Assembly (NCBI GenBank): GCA_041739935.1
Contig: JBGSMX010000007.1
Location: forward strand, 1-53,269
Origin: Coriobacteriia bacterium
GTDB taxonomy: Bacteria; Actinomycetota; Coriobacteriia; Anaerosomatales; JAGXFU01
Length of the DNA stretch: 53,269 bases
Reading direction: 5' to 3'
Positions 1-7,575 of the stretch are shown here, one piece after another. A program made the translations under genes and the position numbers. Positions within the stretch are counted from its first letter, which is position 1. Each line of letters begins with the position of its first letter. A model generated the notes under the pieces. It ran no database searches. It was not told the DNA's origin and saw only the letters and a program-made list of their open reading frames with translations.

Positions 1-673
1 GCGAGAGCAGCTCGGCCTCGACGATGTTGGAACCACCGCGGTGCCATGCCGTGTAGACGCAGCCGTTGTCTGTGAGAAGCGACGCCGGATAACCCCAGGT
101 GGCGGCGGCGGAATCGAAGACGCGAAGCACGTCGGGGGCACGGACCACAGGCAGCGCCTCGCTGGCCACGATCAGGCGCGAGTGGTCGTCGAGGAAGTTC
201 AGGATGTCGACCTGGGTGCCGCACTCGAGCCGCCAGTGGGTCACGTCGGATTGCCAGCGCTCGTTGGGAAGTGCTGCCTCGAAGCGCACCCACGAGCTTC
301 GGGGTCGCTTGTGGGGCTGCGGGGTGACGAACCCTCGGCGTTTCAAGACCCGCCAGATGGTGGAGACCGACGGGACGTGCTCGCAGCACTCCTGCGTCAG
401 ATGGAAGTGGATGGTGACGGCGCCGGCATCGAAGCCGTCGCCTGCAAGCTCGCCTCGGAGCGCCACGATCCGCTCCTCGACCTCTACCGGCGTGCGATGG
501 GGGATATGGCCCGGGGCGCGTGAGCGGGGAGCGAGTGCCTCGTAGCTGCCCTCCCGGAACCTCCCCACGACCTTGCCCACCCAGCTCTTCGACACCCCGT
601 GGGCCCGTGCCACCTCCCGGTAGCTTCGCCCCTCCACGAGCACGGCTTCCACCACATAGCGCGCCAGATCCAT
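1..673 (-). CDS. IS481-family DDE transposase, N-terminal ~224 codons (ORF runs off the window start, so it is absent from the supplied ORF track)
   Basis: Own minus-strand translation from ATG at 673: MDLARYVVEAVLVEGRSYREVARAHGVSKSWVGKVVGRFREGSYEALAPRSRAPGHIPHRTP...NERWQSDVTHWRLECGTQVDILNFLDDHSRL...SLLTDNGCVYTA. It has an N-terminal HTH plus rve/DDE core motifs (QSDVTH, TDNG) typical of IS481 transposases. The frame is open to position 1. Confidence 0.85.
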   Translation of the reverse strand, partial: MDLARYVVEAVLVEGRSYREVARAHGVSKSWVGKVVGRFREGSYEALAPRSRAPGHIPHRTPVEVEERIVALRGELAGDGFDAGAVTIHFHLTQECCEHVPSVSTIWRVLKRRGFVTPQPHKRPRSSWVRFEAALPNERWQSDVTHWRLECGTQVDILNFLDDHSRLIVASEALPVVRAPDVLRVFDSAAATWGYPASLLTDNGCVYTAWHRGGSNIVEAELLS

Positions 674-743
674 CGCAAGACCCCTTCCATAAGGCGTCCA
701 CGATGTTCCGACACAGGTGTCCACGATGTGGTGAACTCACACA
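1..743 (-). mobile_element. Partial IS481-family insertion sequence. The right-hand terminus is tentatively near 731-743 (TGTGAGTTCAC on the minus strand).
   Basis: Transposase CDS 1..673. The upstream leader carries two 11-bp direct repeats GTCCACGATGT (696..706, 719..729). A TGT-initiated sequence at ~741 resembles IS481-type ends. The other end lies outside the window, so the boundary cannot be confirmed. Confidence 0.45.
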
Positions 744-769
744 CCTCCTCTCGCACCACTGAAACGACA

Positions 770-801
770 GGGTCCTCCCGCACATGCGGGGGGACCCTTT
801 T
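770..801. terminator. Intrinsic-terminator hairpin (12-bp GC stem, 4-nt loop, TTTT on + strand, A-tract/T-rich flank on - strand)
   Basis: GGGTCCTCCCGC-ACAT-GCGGGGGGACCC followed by TTTT. It lies ~50 nt downstream of the stop of the minus-strand PP2C gene (852) and between that gene and the IS. Confidence 0.6.
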
Positions 802-851
802 CGTAGCTGCGTGCGGATTCGTGGCAGCCGGGCGCTATCAAGTAGCTGCGC

Positions 852-3353
852 TTACACCCCGGTGTAGCGGAAGGCCAGTATGGCTATGTCGTCGTCGGGC
901 GACCCTCCGGCGAGTTTGCGGGCTTCGATCATCAGGGTATCGACGACGATCTGGGGGTCCGCATCGCCGAGGCTGTCTACAATCGCGTGAACCCGCGCGT
1001 CGCCGAAGAATTCAGTGTCGCTGCGGGCATCGATGAGTCCGTCGCTGTACAGGATGACCCTCTGACCCCGGTGCAAGTGCACGTTGTAGCTCTCGAAAAC
1101 CCAGTCATCGAACACCCCAAGGGGCGGATTGTGTGTCGCGGCCTGCTCCGTGCAGCCGAGCTCATCGCAGACGAGTGGCAGCGGATGGCCTGCGACCACG
1201 AAGCTAACGTCGCCGGTAACGGGGTCGAGCAGGCCGTAGATGGCGGTGATGAATCGTCCTTCATCGATTTGTTGTGAGATGGAGCGGTTGACCGAGGCTG
1301 CCACTGCGGCAGGCTCCTTGAGTTCGTAGGCAAAGGCACGCAGCGTGCTCTTCGCTATCGAGGTCAAAGCTGCCGCTTCGATGCCCTTTCCGGCGACGTC
1401 TCCGATTACGAAACCCACTCGGCCATCATCGAGCGTGAACACGTCGAAGAAGTCGCCCCCGATTCGAGTGAGCTGTGTGGCGCTCCGATATGCCCACGCG
1501 ACGTCGACCCCGACAACGCACTCGTCCATCCGCAGCATGGAGGCCTGGAGGGTGTCGGCGATGAGGCTCTGCACTTCATACAGTCGTGCGTTGTCTATGG
1601 CCAGAGCCAGCGAGGCACCGAGCTTCTCGGCGAAATCAAGCTCGGCAGCAGTGAACTCGTGGGTCTTGTTTCGCCACAGGAAGGTGAGCGCCCCGTAACG
1701 CTGGTCGCGAAATTGCAGCGGGACGCAGAGAATCGAGGTGACCGTTGCATCCGTTGCCGAGGTGTCGGTCGACCCGTATCGATCGCTCACATCTTCGATG
1801 GCGAGCGGTGCGCCGACAGAGACGCACTCCGCCACATAGGGCACGTCGCCGTCCCGGAACCTGTTGCTGGCTATCAGGTCCGGGTATCCGTGCGAGAGCA
1901 GGGGAATCCACGCACCGTCGTCCTGGATCCAGACAGTGGCTGCATGCGCCTCGATGACTGCCGTGCCCAGCGAGGTGACCCGGCGCATAACCTCAGCGCG
2001 GTCGAACGTCGAGTTGATGGCGCGGTCTATGGCGCCGAGCGCCTCGCTCAGATCCCGCGCGCGGTGCAGTCGCTCCTCGGCGCGCTTTCGAGCGGAGATG
2101 TCCTCGGCGATCATCACGAAGTACCCGGGTTCTCCGGACTCCTCGCGAACCATGCTTGTCGACAGATTCACCCAGACCGTCTGCCCATCGGGGCGCACGT
2201 AGCGCTTCTCCAGGTGATACTCGGGAATCTCGCCCGACAGCAGCCGGGCGTTGAGTTCGATCTCGCGCGCTCGGTCCGCGGGGTACGTTATGTCGGCAGG
2301 GGACCGGTCGAACAGTTGCTGCTCGCCGTAACCGGTTATCTCAGACAGCCGACGGTTCGCGAGCAGCCAGCGGCCGTTCGGTGAGATGTGTGCGATTCCG
2401 ACGGTTGCCTGCTCGAACGTGGCGCGAAAGCGCATCTCGCTGCGGACGAGCTCGTCGCCGGCATGGCTCAGCTGGCGAAACAGGATGTCGTAGGGGCGCA
2501 CGATCGCTATCACGATAAGGCCCCGGTACAGGAGGAAGTACGCAAGGATGCGCAGGAGATGGCCAACGAAGTTGGCTGCCTCGTGTGGCGCACCGTAGAG
2601 CATGAAGGCGATTTCTGCCGCAATCAGCGCGACTATGGATCCCGCAAGAAGCCTGAGGACGTCGCGGTCGAACGCATCGCGCTTACGTAACAAGCCGATG
2701 AGGCCCACCGCGAACGCGACAGCGATGAGCCATTCGCTCCAGATCTTGAACGGGGTGAGCCCTCCGGTCTCCGGTAGAGCCGAGGGCATCATGCCTGCGA
2801 ACACGAACCCCACAAGCAGTACCGTGGCGACAGAGTATGCACCCAGAACCCACGAGGGTCTGAGACGGCGGTGGATGAATGCGGGTGCGATGATGAGTGC
2901 GGAGGCCTGTAGGTAGCGCCCGGCCAGCCACAGCTGCGTCGCCAACTCGGTCGGCGAGTAGCCCTGAAACGCCTCGACTCCCTGATAGGCGAGGGTGTGC
3001 AGGATATCTACGCAGGCGACGAAGAAGTAGGCGATGCCCAGGAACAACACATAGCGGTTGTCGATCGTGTTACGACCGCTCCATGTGATCATGAATGCGG
3101 CGATTGCGACAGCCACCGCGAACAACTCGACGATCGAGTGGAAGGCGGGATACCCGAAGGCCCAGCGAATCGTGAGCAGGCCCGCGACGCTGGCGACGGT
3201 CAGCAGCGTGTAGCGAATCGGCAAGCGCCAGTCGTGGAAGGTGTGCATCGTGCTCCGTCGCTCGGCAAACGCGGGTGATTCATCGTCGCACGTCCGCAGA
3301 TGCTCCTTCAACCGCGCTGAGAAGCGCAGGTCCGCGGGCGCCTCATATACCAT
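852..3353 (-). CDS. Membrane sensor protein phosphatase: polytopic N-terminal (MASE3-like) domain, PAS, GAF, then a PP2C/SpoIIE phosphatase domain
   Basis: 833-aa ORF. N-terminal ~280 aa are hydrophobic multi-TM. A PAS-like block (ATVGIAHISPNGRWLLANRRLSEITGY...) and a GAF-like middle follow. The C-terminus carries GDFFDVF...VIGDVAGKGIEAA...LYSDGLID, typical of the RsbU/SpoIIE PP2C family. The start may be the internal MHTFHDW (3248). Confidence 0.85.
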   Translation of the reverse strand: MVYEAPADLRFSARLKEHLRTCDDESPAFAERRSTMHTFHDWRLPIRYTLLTVASVAGLLTIRWAFGYPAFHSIVELFAVAVAIAAFMITWSGRNTIDNRYVLFLGIAYFFVACVDILHTLAYQGVEAFQGYSPTELATQLWLAGRYLQASALIIAPAFIHRRLRPSWVLGAYSVATVLLVGFVFAGMMPSALPETGGLTPFKIWSEWLIAVAFAVGLIGLLRKRDAFDRDVLRLLAGSIVALIAAEIAFMLYGAPHEAANFVGHLLRILAYFLLYRGLIVIAIVRPYDILFRQLSHAGDELVRSEMRFRATFEQATVGIAHISPNGRWLLANRRLSEITGYGEQQLFDRSPADITYPADRAREIELNARLLSGEIPEYHLEKRYVRPDGQTVWVNLSTSMVREESGEPGYFVMIAEDISARKRAEERLHRARDLSEALGAIDRAINSTFDRAEVMRRVTSLGTAVIEAHAATVWIQDDGAWIPLLSHGYPDLIASNRFRDGDVPYVAECVSVGAPLAIEDVSDRYGSTDTSATDATVTSILCVPLQFRDQRYGALTFLWRNKTHEFTAAELDFAEKLGASLALAIDNARLYEVQSLIADTLQASMLRMDECVVGVDVAWAYRSATQLTRIGGDFFDVFTLDDGRVGFVIGDVAGKGIEAAALTSIAKSTLRAFAYELKEPAAVAASVNRSISQQIDEGRFITAIYGLLDPVTGDVSFVVAGHPLPLVCDELGCTEQAATHNPPLGVFDDWVFESYNVHLHRGQRVILYSDGLIDARSDTEFFGDARVHAIVDSLGDADPQIVVDTLMIEARKLAGGSPDDDIAILAFRYTGV

Positions 3354-3383
3354 AGTCCAACAGCGTGCTTACCTGGGGGCGAT

Positions 3384-4121
3384 GTGATTACTTTTGTCAA
3401 AATCCCAATCGGGACCGGTGGTGGCATTCGCTGCCGTCGGTGCGCTCCGGGTGAACAGTCCGAGGAGTTCTTCGAGACGGACCCGCTGTTGCGGCATGTC
3501 GGCGAGGTGGTCGCAGGATGGCAGCAGGGTCCGGGCCCGAACATCGCGTACGTGGGTGCTGAGCCGTTTCGGCACAGCCGCCTTCCCACGCTCGTTCACG
3601 GCGCGATCGACGCGGGCGTGGAGCGCATGTGCCTGTCAACAGACGCGACGGCGCTGGGCCGTGATGACAACGCGGCAGGCTCGGTGAGCGCCGGCGTTCG
3701 CCATGTCGAAGTCCCGCTGCTGGGGGGCTCTCCCGAGACCCACGACATGTTGTGCGGTCACCCCGGTGCATTCGAGGCGGCGATGGCGGGGATGAAGGCA
3801 TTGCGTGAGGCCGGCATCGCTCAGTCGGTACCGGTCCTGATCTGCGGTCGCGTGCGCGTGTGTAGCCACAACATCAAAGATGTTCCGGCCACAGTCCTCG
3901 CATTCGCGCAGGTCGGGGCGAGCAGTGTAACCCTGCAGTTCGACGGCTCGGTTCCCACCGCAGTAGCACGCCCGTGGGTGGCGGCTGCAGTCGAGACGGG
4001 AATCATCAACAGCGTGTGGGTCGCACTCGAGGGCTTGTCGGCCGCTTCCGTGGGCGTGCACTCACTGCACGATCTCAATACGGTTCGGATCGCCGAGGCT
4101 GTTGGCGGTGAGGCATCGTGA
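3384..4121 (+). CDS. Radical-SAM-fold-like protein with a degenerate cluster motif (GxxxCxxC instead of CxxxCxxC)
   Basis: 245-aa ORF with a GTG start after GGGGG. Its layout resembles the MoaA/PqqE-type radical SAM core (GAEPF..., STDATAL, GVRHVEVPLLGGSPETHD, AGIAQSVPVLICGRV), but the N-terminal motif reads GGGIRCRRC. The stop overlaps the next gene's start by 4 nt. Confidence 0.5.
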   Translation: MITFVKIPIGTGGGIRCRRCAPGEQSEEFFETDPLLRHVGEVVAGWQQGPGPNIAYVGAEPFRHSRLPTLVHGAIDAGVERMCLSTDATALGRDDNAAGSVSAGVRHVEVPLLGGSPETHDMLCGHPGAFEAAMAGMKALREAGIAQSVPVLICGRVRVCSHNIKDVPATVLAFAQVGASSVTLQFDGSVPTAVARPWVAAAVETGIINSVWVALEGLSAASVGVHSLHDLNTVRIAEAVGGEAS

Positions 4122-5410
4122 ACCGGCGTCCGGATCTCGCAGTAGCTTTGGTCGGTCTGAACTGGCCCGGGTATCAGTCGCTTGCCCTGGGCTACGTGCG
4201 CGCGGCCGCGCAACAGGACCCGCGGCTGAGCGGCAAGGCCGGATTCACGACGCTCGATCTCGACAGCGAGCTCGATCCCTGGTGGGTGGCCTACCGGGTT
4301 GCGGGCCTCGAGCCCGACGTCGCGGCCTTCTCGGTCATGTGCTGGAATGCCCTCGCCGTCTATGAGGCGTGTTCTATCCTGAAGCTCGCCTGTCCCGACA
4401 CCTTCATCGTGCTGGGCGGCCCGGAGGTCGGCCCGATCGCCGAGCAGGTGCTTGCCCGCAACCCCGCGGTCGATGCGATCATTCGCGGCGAGGGAGAAGA
4501 GGCGTTTGCGGACCTGCTCGATTCGGTTCTGCACGGCGGCAAGCTGTGGCGGATCGAGGGAGTGACTTGCCGTCGCGACGGGGACATCTACTCGGCGGTT
4601 GACCGTGCTCCGATTGCGGACCTGGATTCGATTCCGTCGCCGTACACAACGGGCGCCATGGTTCCGTCGAACGGGTCGGCCTACATCGAGACCTCCAGGG
4701 GGTGCCCGCATCGGTGCGCCTACTGCTACGAGGGGAAGGGTGTTGCGCGAGTCCGCTCGTTCAGCGAGGCCAGAATCGCGGCGGACATCGAGGCAGTGGC
4801 GACAGCACCGGGAATGACCAACTTCTCGTTCATCGACTCGGTCTTCAACATGACGACCGCGCGCCTCAAGATGATCTCGGATCTGATGGCACCCCACGCA
4901 GCGCGCGGGATGAAGCTGCACACCATAGAAGTCGACATCGAGCGGATTGACGACGAGCAGGCGGCGCTGCTCGCCCGTGCGGGGGTCGAAAGCGTGGAAA
5001 CCGGGCCGCAGACCGTGGGGCCGAGGGCACTGGAGGCGTGTGATCGTCAGTTCGATGAGACCCGGTTTAGGGCCGGCGTCGAGGCATGCAAGCGCGCTGG
5101 CATCGAAGTCGAATGCGATCTGATCGTGGGGCTGCCGCATGACACGATGGAGGACTTCCTTCACGGACTCGAGTTCGTGATCGACGTCGATCCCGGACGG
5201 ATTCAGTTCTCGACTCTGCACGTCTTGCCTGGTACGACGCTTTGGGACAGGGCCCAGGAGTTCGGGCTGGCGTACAATCCGAACCCGCCTCACGAAATCG
5301 TGCGCACTCCCACAATGACCTTCTCGGACCTGAGGCGCGCAGAGGTTCTGGGCTCCGCCATCACCGCCCACTACCGTGCCCGCGTCGACGAGCCTTCGCG
5401 GCCCGCGTAG
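4118..5410 (+). CDS. B12-binding-domain radical SAM protein (class B, DUF4080-type C-terminus)
   Basis: 430 aa. The N-terminal cobalamin-binding-like Rossmann block reads AFSVMCWN...FIVLGGPEV...IIRGEGEEAF. The canonical motif SRGCPHRCAYCYEG (CX3CX2C) is present. Confidence 0.85.
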   Translation: MNRRPDLAVALVGLNWPGYQSLALGYVRAAAQQDPRLSGKAGFTTLDLDSELDPWWVAYRVAGLEPDVAAFSVMCWNALAVYEACSILKLACPDTFIVLGGPEVGPIAEQVLARNPAVDAIIRGEGEEAFADLLDSVLHGGKLWRIEGVTCRRDGDIYSAVDRAPIADLDSIPSPYTTGAMVPSNGSAYIETSRGCPHRCAYCYEGKGVARVRSFSEARIAADIEAVATAPGMTNFSFIDSVFNMTTARLKMISDLMAPHAARGMKLHTIEVDIERIDDEQAALLARAGVESVETGPQTVGPRALEACDRQFDETRFRAGVEACKRAGIEVECDLIVGLPHDTMEDFLHGLEFVIDVDPGRIQFSTLHVLPGTTLWDRAQEFGLAYNPNPPHEIVRTPTMTFSDLRRAEVLGSAITAHYRARVDEPSRPA

Positions 5411-5451
5411 AATCGGCCATACGCTCAGGCGACGGTAGTCCGGGAGGAATC

Positions 5452-6609
5452 GTGGGTGTGTCGAGGCGTGCACAGGCGGTGCGGCCGTTCGTAGTGATGG
5501 ACGTCGTCGCGCGCGCCAAGCAACTCGAGGAGTCCGGCCGCGATATCGTGCGGCTCGAGATAGGCGACCCCGACCTGCCAACTCCGCAGATCGTCACCAA
5601 AGCCGCCGAAGAGGCCATGGAGTCGGGCGACACCGGGTACACGCAGTCGGCCGGTCTGCCCTCGCTCAGAGAAGCGATTTCAGTCCACTACGCGGATGCG
5701 TACGGGGTGGTTGTCGACCCGGAGAATGTCGTCGTGACACAGGGCACCTCGCCCGCGATGCTCCTGGTGTTCGGATCCTTGCTCGATCCGGGTGACGAAG
5801 TCGTGATCTCCGACCCAGGTTATCCTGCCTACTCGAATTACGTGGAGTTTCTCGGCGGGGTGGTGCGCAGAGTGCGGGTGCGCGCCGAGGAGGGATTTCG
5901 CTTCAGACCCGAGGAGATTCGCGCAGCGATCACGCCTCGGACGCGCGCCATCATGATCAACTCGCCGGCAAACCCTATGGGAACAGTGTTGCCTCCCGAG
6001 GATCTGGCCGATCTCGCGCGTATTGCCGAGGAGACGGGGGTCTGGATCGTCAGCGACGAGATATATCACGGACTTCAGTTCGAGGGTCGCGAGCGCAGCA
6101 TCCTGGAGTTCACAGATCGAGCATTTGTGCTCAACGGCTTTTCCAAGGCATACGCGATGACCGGCTGGCGACTGGGCTACCTGATCGCCCCGCAGGAGTT
6201 CGTCAGGCCGTGCGAGGTCATCCAGCAGAACTTCTTCTTGTGCGCGAACCACTTTGTCCAGGTCGCGGGCACGGTGGCCCTGATGCAAGGTGCCGGGGAA
6301 GTCGCACGGATGCGCGCCATCTACGACGAGCGACGACACTACCTGGTTCCCGCGTTGCGTGACATCGGCCTGTCGGTTCGCACCATGCCGACAGGCGCCT
6401 TCTATGTCTTCGCCGACGCCAGCGCGTGGTCCACCGACTCGCTCGCACTCGCCAGGCGCATTCTGGAAGAAGCGGCGGTTTCGACGGCGCCGGGCATCGA
6501 TTTCGGACCGGGGGGCGAAGGATTCCTCAGGTTCAGCTACGCGGCATCGTTGGACCGACTGCGCGAGGGCGTGAGGCGGATAGCCGAGTGGCGTGCTGCG
6601 TCCGGGTAG
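5452..6609 (+). CDS. Class I/II pyridoxal-phosphate aminotransferase (aspartate aminotransferase-like)
   Basis: The ORF track gives 5242..6609, but the upstream part overlaps the rSAM gene. An in-frame GTG at 5452 is preceded by GGGAGGA. Motifs: GDPDLPTP, INSPANPMG, and NGFSKAYAMTGWRLGY carrying the PLP lysine. Confidence 0.85.
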   Translation: MGVSRRAQAVRPFVVMDVVARAKQLEESGRDIVRLEIGDPDLPTPQIVTKAAEEAMESGDTGYTQSAGLPSLREAISVHYADAYGVVVDPENVVVTQGTSPAMLLVFGSLLDPGDEVVISDPGYPAYSNYVEFLGGVVRRVRVRAEEGFRFRPEEIRAAITPRTRAIMINSPANPMGTVLPPEDLADLARIAEETGVWIVSDEIYHGLQFEGRERSILEFTDRAFVLNGFSKAYAMTGWRLGYLIAPQEFVRPCEVIQQNFFLCANHFVQVAGTVALMQGAGEVARMRAIYDERRHYLVPALRDIGLSVRTMPTGAFYVFADASAWSTDSLALARRILEEAAVSTAPGIDFGPGGEGFLRFSYAASLDRLREGVRRIAEWRAASG

Positions 6610-6811
6610 GGATGTCGCCTACCATCAGTTATACAGAGCCGTTCGTCATCGCGCTGTATACTGAAGGCCCTGTGGGTCCGATAGTGAATGTGTTGGGAGC
6701 GACACACGGGGCGAGGCGAAAGCCCTTCGCGTTGCACGACCGGGGCAACAATTCGTGCGGCACGGGACTTGCTTCGTGAGCGTGGGATCAAGTGAGTAGC
6801 GACGACCCTCA

Positions 6812-7549
6812 TTGGGGGATGCATCTGTGAGTGAAGTCTGGAGCAAGGCCGACCTGCATATCCACAGCAATCACAGTGACGGTCTGGCGCGCATCCCGGA
6901 GATCATGGATTACGTCGAGGAGAAGACCGACCTCAAGATCATCGCGATCACGGATCACAACACCATCGAGGGCGCGCTTTTCGCCAAGTCCCTTGAGGAC
7001 CTCTACAACTTCGAGGTCGTTGTCGGCGAAGAGGTCTCGTCCAAGTCGGGCCACGTCATCGGCCTGTTTCTCGACAGCCCGATTCCTGCCGGCCTTTCGG
7101 TTGCCGAGACCATCGCACGCATCAACGAGCAGGGTGGGGTCGCAATAATTCCTCATCCCTTCTCCAATCAGGGCGTGTTCGGTCCGTTCGGTGTCAGCAC
7201 CTTCGGAACCGCACTCAATGACCTGGCTTTTCACGCGCTCGAGGTCTACAACTCGATGCCATTCCTGGTCTGGGCCAACCGGGTTGCCGCCAAGGTTTTC
7301 GCCGGCGGTCAAGGTATCGCCGCGACGGGTGGATCGGACGCGCATGTCTTGCGCGGCATCGGCAAGGGATACACCGTGTTTCGCGGTACCAGTGCCGAGG
7401 ATCTGCGCGCGAGCCTCGCTCGGCTTGAGACGCGTGCCGAGGCAACCGGTCGCGGAGGCCTGAACCTCATGTTGCGCTATTTCGTTCACTTCCCGCAGAT
7501 TCGCAGGCAGCAGTCGCTCAACTGGGATCGCTGCAAGTCGACCCGATAG
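6812..7549 (+). CDS. PHP-domain metal-dependent phosphoesterase (TrpH/RNase AM-like)
   Basis: 245 aa. The N-terminal ADLHIHSNHSDG...AITDHNT motif and later HP/GGSDAH histidine clusters are typical of the PHP family. Confidence 0.8.
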   Translation: MGDASVSEVWSKADLHIHSNHSDGLARIPEIMDYVEEKTDLKIIAITDHNTIEGALFAKSLEDLYNFEVVVGEEVSSKSGHVIGLFLDSPIPAGLSVAETIARINEQGGVAIIPHPFSNQGVFGPFGVSTFGTALNDLAFHALEVYNSMPFLVWANRVAAKVFAGGQGIAATGGSDAHVLRGIGKGYTVFRGTSAEDLRASLARLETRAEATGRGGLNLMLRYFVHFPQIRRQQSLNWDRCKSTR

Positions 7550-7575
7550 CGGGTCGGCGGCACGCGCCGCGACGA

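Noticed and set aside
41-545. Plus-strand ORFs 41..523 and 99..545
   Set aside because: They are antisense to the IS481 transposase frame, which shows clear HTH and DDE motifs on the minus strand.
3821-5581. 586-aa minus-strand ORF
   Set aside because: It is entirely antisense to the two radical-SAM genes. Its product is Arg/Pro/Gly-rich and low in complexity, with no motifs. This is a typical shadow ORF of GC-rich coding DNA.
6626-6663. TATACAG...CTGTATA as an E. coli-type LexA SOS box
   Set aside because: The half-sites are in the wrong relative orientation (ACAG…CTGT rather than CTGT-N8-ACAG) and are separated by 17 nt.
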